This document shows, piece after piece, positions 43,123 through 64,000 of a stretch of DNA of 64,000 bases (position 1 is the stretch's first letter; each line of letters opens with the position of its first letter). Under the pieces are notes generated by a model. That model did not search any database and was not told the origin of the DNA. It saw nothing but the letters and a program-made list of their open reading frames with translations. The position numbers and the translations under genes are program-made. The stretch spans positions 30,389 to 94,388 of the forward strand of contig NIVC01002170.1 of the NCBI GenBank assembly GCA_002269645.1, in the 5' to 3' direction. The stretch is from Macrostomum lignano (lineage: Eukaryota).

Positions 43123-43590
43123 CAATGGTCGGCAGTTTTTTTTACCTCAAGGGCCAGATGAAGAATTCAGCTCATTTCTGAGGGCCAGATAAGAAAGGAA
43201 ATGCGAGAGAGTAGAAGATTAGAGATAAGAGAGAGGCAAGAGATGGGATCAGAGAAGAGAGAAGAGGTGAGAGAAGGGAGAGGAAAGAAGAGAGGAGAGG
43301 AGAAAAGATGAGAGGAGAGTGGAGGGTAGATAGATGAGAGAAGATGGGAGAGAGGAGAGAGAAGAGTGCAGAGAGGAGAGCGGAGGGGAGATAGAAGAGA
43401 GAAGATGAGAGAGGAGGAGAGGAGAGGAGAGAGAAGAATGAAGAGGAGAAAGAGGAGAGTGAGTAGAGAAGAGATGAGAGAAGATAAAGAGGGAAGAGGA
43501 AGAGATCTGAGAAGAGACAAAACCTTGAGCGGGCGGATTGCTATTTGTGAAGTTTCAATTTTCAGAGGACTCGAAGGCCGGATGTTTTAT
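43123..43590 (-). mobile_element. Second, more diverged copy of the hAT-type MITE at 5359-6528, in reverse orientation, with a GA-rich core
   Basis: CAATGGTCGGCAG..TTAC.TCAAGGGCCAGAT..AATTCAGCTCAT matches the reverse complement of 6465-6528. 43510-43580 matches the reverse complement of 5415-5480. Confidence 0.7.
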
Positions 43591-44189
43591 TGCATAGCAA
43601 CTATTTAAAGACTTGTGCTTTAAAAATGTAACAAAAATTGAAAACCAGTTCATATTTGTTAGAATGAGGCGTTAAAACGTGATCTGGCTGGGTAAGAAAA
43701 GGTTGGCGCTGTCCCAGATGCTCGCTCTGAAGTCTCCCTGGCTCCGGGATGTACCGGCGGGGAATGGGGTCTGACAGTCTGACAGCTTGAGCGATGAAGA
43801 CCGGGCCCTGTGCAGACCCATGTTCGTTCCTGCTAAACTTTTTCTGTGGCTCCAACAGCCACTGCTGCTTCTGCGCCTGCCCTGGCCGCTCTGTTGGCAT
43901 GCATTCGGTGTCTGCAGGATGTGTTTTGACTTGCATTGGTATCCACTACAATACCTCAGCAATATCTTGGATCCTGGCCCCAGAGTGACTGCTGGATTAA
44001 AAATTGCCCTTTGTTGTAGAAATGCGACTGACATTCAAATTCAGGCCAGTGCTTAAATTGTTCAATAATTTCTCCTAGAAAGTTATTCATTTTTTAAGAT
44101 GAGGCATGATATTTAGGGGGCAAGAGCATCTCATCGGCTAGCACCTGACTCCCGCGCATGCAACCCTCAGTTCGATTCTGTGCGTGTGA

Positions 44190-44735
44190 AGTGTACATGC
44201 CTGAGAGTGTACATGCCTGCAGAGAGTGTACATGCCTGAGAGTGTACATGCCTGAGAGTGTACATGCCTGAGAGTGTACATGCCTGAGAGTGTACATGCC
44301 TGAGAGTGTACATGCCTGAGAGTGTACATGCCTGCAGAGAGTGTACATGCCTGAGAGTGTACATGCCTGAGAGTGTACATGCCTGAGAGTGTACATGCCT
44401 GAGAGTGTACATGCCTGAGAGTGTACATGCCTGAGAGTGTACATGCCTGAGAGTGTACATGCCTGAGAGTGTACATGCCTGAGAGTGTACATGCCTGAGA
44501 GTGTACATGCCTGAGAGTGTACATGCCTGAGAGTGTACATGCCTGAGAGTGTACATGCCTGAGAGTGTACATGCCTGAGAGTGTACATGCCTGAGAGTGT
44601 ACATGCCTGAGAGTGTACATGCCTGAGAGTGTACATGCCTGAGAGTGTACATGCCTGAGACATGCCTGACATGCCTGAGAGTGTACATGCCTGAGACTGT
44701 ACATGCCTGAGAGTGTACATGCCTGAGAGTGTACA
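44190..44735. repeat. 16-bp minisatellite GAGAGTGTACATGCCT (~33 copies)
   Basis: Directly visible. Confidence 0.97.
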
Positions 44736-44920
44736 TGTCTGAGGATCAGAAAGTCAGTGCCGCTGTACACCCTGTGTGAGCGTGGGCATGAGTGCGTGCC
44801 TGAGTACAGTATTGGCGCGCTTGTATGTGCTCAGCAGTCAGTGGAATGAGCAGAGTTGCCGTCAGCGCTGGCTGTGGCATGTTGTGGACCATGCTGGCGA
44901 AGGCGTTGCACTAGGGTGCC
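44731..44920 (+). repeat. Dispersed repeat homologous to 21064-21450 (uninterrupted copy)
   Basis: Direct sequence match as described for 21064-21450. Confidence 0.8.
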
Positions 44921-45989
44921 GTCAACTGTCTGATATAAGTATGTGTATATGATTTACCCGTATGCTCTCTAGAAGAAGAAATAGAGAGTAGCGTCCTTCT
45001 ACTGCAGTTGTCTCTGCCTCTATAGTTGTAAGCTTTCGAATTTAAAATGCTGACTGCATGGTAAGTGAGGGTCTTACACTGAAGTATTATTGCGATGCCC
45101 AATACAGGTACTCACCCTGTGGGACTCAGCACTAAAGCGTTCCGGGATTGCCTTGACTCCATTGACTAGAATAAGCTTGCGAGTGGCAAGTTGGAAATTT
45201 CATTACAAAACACCGGTAGGTTCGCAAGAAATAGTCTCTATGTTTTGTTCAATACAGTCGGTAGCCTCATCAGTCTTGCAGCATCTTCCTCTGTCTGCTG
45301 GCCTTTCTGCAGCTTCAACTGTGATTGGCTGGAGAAAAAGTTCGCGAAGGTTCTTGCCGGAATCGTTGGCTCCCGCTGTCTGGTTTGAGTTTAGTTTTAC
45401 TCTTAGTGGATTACATGTTTTGGTTTGGTAGTTCGCTACCACCAGGTTTCCTGATATTCCCTAATCCTAGCAAAAGAGATAAAAACAGACTGCTGAAATC
45501 CAAAGAGAATTATTAATTTGAAAGGTGTTAAAAAAAGATCCAAACAAGCAAGCATGCAATGTGTATTTAAAGTATTAGTTTCTAGGTTGCAATTGTAATT
45601 AGGCTCATCATTGGTGACACCATGGGCCTCGTTGATTAGAACAAGGCGCGCCATAGGTCATACCGCTCTCAATGTATGACCTATACAAAAGAGATCTGAT
45701 ATTGCGAGCGATCCTTTTCATGGAATATTCACTGGCTAAAAAGAACTTCAGTTTGTCTAATTTGAATGCTTGGAGCTGTGCTCCAAACCATAGTGTCTAA
45801 ATAGAATATCGTCTTGTCTAAAAAGAACTGTTGTTTTGTTGAAATTGAACGAGAAAAGTTGTACTCGTAATATCATAATATTAGAATAATTGGTCATACA
45901 GGCAAAAGTTTATGTGCGGTCTCATGGCATCTATGATCTATGGTGTGTTTAGACCAACACACGATGCCATAGACCATAGAAATCAAGAA

Positions 45990-46300
45990 TTCCCTGTCGT
46001 CAAGGAATAGAGACAATCCTGACTATGCGAGGAATATCACATTCTAGGAATCTATGCCTGAAGTACTCGTAGTCATGCCAGACACCGTCGAAGGCACCCT
46101 TGACGTCAAAGAAGCTGGAAATGGTGTAATTCTTGAGCTGGAGCATTTTCAGAACATCGTCTATGAGCCGTAAAATGTAGTCGAATGTACAGTGGTCTTG
46201 CCTGAACACGCATTGGCTCAAACCTCTGTGCAGTCATGTGACCCTTCCCAGAGCCCAACTGCTCTATACTTGCGGAGAAACTCCTAAACTCCCTGTCCAT
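45990..46300 (-). mobile_element. Degenerate non-LTR retrotransposon RT fragment
   Basis: KYRAVGL (YRPISL-like), then QCVFRQDHCTFDYILRL...TISSFFDVKGAFDGVWH...IPRIVRIV, matching RT motifs QxGFR..ST and FLDxxKAFDxVWH. Confidence 0.8.
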
Positions 46301-46744
46301 CCCCGGCTACAACATTTCCCAAGCCTGAACTACTACTAGTAGGCTATAAGCATATCTGCTCTGCTACATTGTCAATAGCACTCAGTCAGTTAGTGACTCC
46401 ATGGTGAGGGCCGCGGCACGAATTATATATTTTTTAAATAAATGACCTCAATAAATAAGAGATATTAAATTCGAGCTCTGCGGAATGATGCTTCTGCATA
46501 AAAAAATAACCATATATATTTGTCTTTAGTTCGATTCTTGATTTTTAAAATGTTGACAAAAAATTCATGTATAAACAGATGCAGGAATGCATACAGTCAA
46601 TTGGATCACACGATTGATATCAAAAATAGAAAATATTTTTTTCGAGGTATACGAGTACAAATGACCACGGAGAATAAGCTTTCAACTTCAGGTTTCTACA
46701 TTGATTTATACAATACGGAAGTATGAGACTGAGCGAGTGTAGTT

Positions 46745-47022
46745 CGGATTTGATCGATTTGCCATTGTATTGATTGATCGATCAATCAGCCAGTCAGCCA
46801 GTCTATCAATCAATCAATCAATCAGCTAATAAATAAATTAGACAATAAATGAATTAATTAATCAGCCAATCAATCAATCAGCCAATCAATTAACCAATCA
46901 GCCAATCATAAAAAATCAATCAATCAATCAATCAATCAGTCAGTCAACCCTGCAAATCTAAACACCAATAGATGAATCAATCGATCAAACAATAAATAAA
47001 ATAATCGAATCCCATCAATCAA
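46745..47022. repeat. Degenerate (AATC)n microsatellite just downstream of the cadherin stop
   Basis: Directly visible. Confidence 0.8.
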
Positions 47023-60540
<13,518 letters not shown>

Positions 60541-61704
60541 GTTTGCACGACAACGATTTTTGAATCGGGTTCAACGATTGCAATGTAGAAAAACAACACA
60601 GAGTATTGGCAAAAACAAGCGCTGAAAAACTGTTGCCACTTGGCTGTTGCCGCTGCGAGCAGGCGAGTCTGTTTATCAACTCTTTCGCCGCTTGAGACTC
60701 TGTCTAATTTTCTGTTTACCCCCCGTTGCCAGGCACACAAGCAGCGTGGGGGGGGGAGAGATGAGAAGATGGAAGGCTTAAAGAGCGCAGTCGTATTAGG
60801 GTAGGGTCGTACAATGAATAAGTTGCCAATATATTGTAACAGTGTGCGTCATTGCTGCCTAAATAATGCGCTGTGTGTTAGTTACTGTGTGTGCTCAAAT
60901 CTTAGTGCTCAGGCCTGCCCCAGCCCCAACCCATCCACCTTGCCAACCCGCTTCAAGTGCACTATTCCAGCACACTCTCTTTCTCTCTCCATCAACTCAA
61001 GAAAAGAAGCTGGTTTGGGAAAGCGGATTTTTTTAAAAGATGAACTGGACGAAGCGCCACACAGGAAGCAGCCTCTGGCGCAAATCCCCCCAGCAGCGCT
61101 CAGCCTCATGATCACATCTACTCTCCCCTCTCTCACTCTCTCCATAAATTGGAAGAGAATTTTCCTGAGTCTTGAAGCCAGGGGGTCCAGCAGTTCCCAG
61201 TCGGTATTCCTCAATTATAAGAGTCATGACCTGAAGATTTCTAACAGCAAAAGAAGCTTCAAATAATAAATAAATAGCAGAAATTCAGCTTGCAATTGCG
61301 TCAGTCTTGGAAACTCAGCTTGAAAGAAAAGAAAAACAAATGAGCCCCCTTGCACTGCGGTATCCAAAGCAAACTTTTCTGTTTATATTTTGGGGTGGGC
61401 GAACAGAGTCTGCGAGTTTGGGGTGGGCAAGTGAGCAGCAGATGAAGTGGCAAACAGTTAGCTGAGAGGTTGGACTTTCAGCAACCGATCTGAGAGACTG
61501 AGTTTTTGGCTGCTACTCTTTCTCTTCTCTCTGTCTCCGTCCCACCCTGCTCAGTGCATTTTGCCTGCTAGCTCTTTTGTAATAGATTTGGCAGGTGACG
61601 AAAATTGAGCTGATGAGGCACATTATTACTGCGCCAGCGTCTGTGTAGTGGAAGCTGGAAAAGAAGTGCGCCAAGTCTTTAGAGCTTGAGTAGCGGGTTT
61701 TGGG

Positions 61705-62030
61705 TAGATTTGGGAGGCTGGCCCAGCAACTGAAGATCTGGGAGGTTGGCCCAGCAACTGAGGATCTGGGAGGCTGGCCCAGCAACTGAGGATCTGGGAG
61801 GCTGGCCCAGCAACTGAGGATCTGGGAGGCTGGCCCAGCAACTGAGAATCTGGGAGGCTGGCCCAGCAACTGAGGATCTGGGAGGCTGGCTCAGCAACTG
61901 AGGATCTGGGGGGCTGGCACAGCAACTGAGGATCTGGGAGGCTGGCCCAGCAACTGAGGATCTGGGGGCTGGCCCAGCAACTGAGGATCTGGGAGGCTGG
62001 CCCAGCGACTGGGGATCTGGGAGGCTGGCG
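61705..62030. repeat. 28-bp minisatellite GATCTGGGAGGCTGGCCCAGCAACTGAG (~11 copies)
   Basis: Directly visible between the divergent cadherin and IP3R-like starts. Confidence 0.95.
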
Positions 62031-62737
62031 GTGGTCTCATAAGTAAAAAAAATCCGGTAGCCTGTTTTATTAAAAGGCGCCGTTGAAAACCAAAAAAATA
62101 TTTGAAAGCTCACTACGCAATTTTTCGAATCTAAAAACATTTTCTCGAAATAAAAATCCTGCGCTGAATACTCTACTGCCAGCAGAATAATTAAGAAAAT
62201 AGCATTTTCCTTTGAAAAAATCAAAGAAAAAGAATAGAGAAATAGCATACTTTATCTGGCCTTGCTAATAGTGGCCATGACGGAAAGCTCCACTCAAACA
62301 AATATACTCAAGCCCTACCTCCCTATTGTTCTCTCTCTGCTTTTTGAGCGGAAAAATCTATTCTTGCGAGCGTAGAAACGAGAAAGATTTGCTCGCAGAA
62401 ATGCACTCACGTTTCACATGGATGCGGGCGCAGTACGAGCCAGTCTGAGGGAAAGAAGAGGGTGAGAGAGAGCAAGAGAGGCAGATGGACAGGGTGAGAG
62501 CTCGGTGTACAGTGTGCATGCAGTGCACCATCTCGAACTTGAGTGCACACAGCCGGAAACGGCCCCACCCGCTCTCACCCCAAGTTGTATTTCATCTCTC
62601 CGTCAAGCCTGAGAAAGCAATGTTGCGCATTAGTAAAATAAACTCTGTCTAAACTCTTTCTTGTCTTGGAAGCAACGAGGCAGCTTTTTTGACTTGATTG
62701 CCAAATCGGACGAAATTCCGGACTCACGTAGCAGCTG

Positions 62738-63655
62738 ATGCCGCCGCACGGCCACAGTCACAATGACGGAGGCGGCAACGGCGGCGGCGGCGGGGTCGGC
62801 GACACGGTGCACAGTCAGGATGGCCAGATGAGGGAGCGACTGCACATTGGCGACTGGGTTGCCCTGTTCAACACCGGGACACAGGGCTACTTCTGCTGGA
62901 ATGGTTCCAGGTATGTCTGGCTGCTTCCAGATATGCTTGACTAGTTCCAGGTATGTCTGACTGGTTCCAGGTATGTTTGACTGGTTCCAGGTATGTTTGA
63001 CTCGTTCCAGGTATGTCTGACTGGTTCCAGGTATGTTTGACTGGTTCCAGGTATGTTTTAATGCTTCCGGGTATGTCTGACTGGTTCCAGGTATGTTTGA
63101 ATGCTTCCGGGTATGTCTGACTGGTTCCAGGTATGTTTGAATGGTTCCAGGTATGTTTTAATGCTTCCGGGTATGTCTGACTGGTTCAAGGTATGCTGGA
63201 ATGGTTACAGGTATGTTGAATGGGTGAATGGGTTCCAGGTATGTTGGATTGGTTCCAGGTGAGACCCAAATACGTTGGAATGGCCCCAGTGAAGGGTGCC
63301 TTCGCTGTTATTTTCACCTTACTTTCACAAAGCTCACAACAACAATTCATAAACTGCAATTCTAGCGAGAGCAGCTACAACGAGCCCATGTTCTACTTTG
63401 ACCAGTCCATGGAAAAACCGGAAGGCGTGAGGAACTACCGCAGTGAGCAGGCGATGCTTATTTCCAATGCGATTCTTTCTCGCTAAAATCTGACTCCATT
63501 ACCCGAACCCCCATACACCGCCAGACCTGATATTCGAGGTCACCACGGTCAACAGGTACAAAACGCGTAGGCGATATGAGAAAACTGGCCGCAAGTCTGC
63601 CAAAACGGGCGCGACCAGCTCACGCCGGAGCAGAAACTGCACTGGATCTGGCCAG
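62738..63655 (+). CDS. Inositol 1,4,5-trisphosphate receptor-like protein, first exons; join(62738..62910,63366..63442,63525..63655), continues beyond the window
   Basis: LHIGDWVALFNTGTQGYF resembles ITPR LHIGDIVSLYAEG..GF. RN|LIFEVTTVNRYK resembles ITPR DCLFKxCPMNRYS (suppressor domain). Junction phases 2 and 1 are consistent with GT-AG sites. Confidence 0.68.
62894..63262. repeat. 20-bp minisatellite (CTGGTTCCAG|GTATGTYTGA, ~18 copies) that includes the exon-1 3' end and donor
   Basis: Directly visible; the first unit is the real exon end ATGGTTCCAG|GTATGT. Confidence 0.97.
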
Positions 63656-63657
63656 GT

Positions 63658-64000
<343 letters not shown>

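Noticed and set aside
61679-62248. Hydrophobic ORF start MLFLYSFSLIF as the cadherin signal peptide
   Set aside because: AT-rich, has no suitable phase-1 donor and runs into the 28-bp array; the 60472-60540 exon fits much better.

Overview
Animal (spliceosomal, eukaryotic) genomic DNA. It has GC-rich exons, AT-rich spacers and introns packed with intron-specific minisatellites, a style resembling the flatworm Macrostomum (organism assignment is inference only). Six genes were reconstructed by hand from splice sites and reading phase: a 2-exon type II membrane DUF4773-like protein (+), a 4-exon DEF8-like C1 + Rubicon-homology protein (-) needing a GC-AG intron, a complete 4-exon PRP18 (+), the 3' part of an MPDZ/PATJ-like multi-PDZ gene (-), a 13-exon non-classical cadherin with about 20 EC repeats (-), and the first exons of an IP3-receptor-like gene (+). 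Mobile DNA includes a hAT-type MITE (8-bp TSD; second copy 38 kb away), a deleted THAP-coding P-type element (8-bp TSD), a 3-kb element with tandem-repeat TIRs inserted at AAA|TTT without TSD (Spy/PHIS-like), hairpin MITEs and two LINE RT fragments. Main observation: 17 of 28 introns carry a tandem array, and several arrays are amplifications of, or start at, their own splice junction. The clearest case is about 18 tandem copies of the exon-end/5' splice site in the IP3R-like gene. Three -1 homopolymer frameshifts suggest some assembly indel noise.
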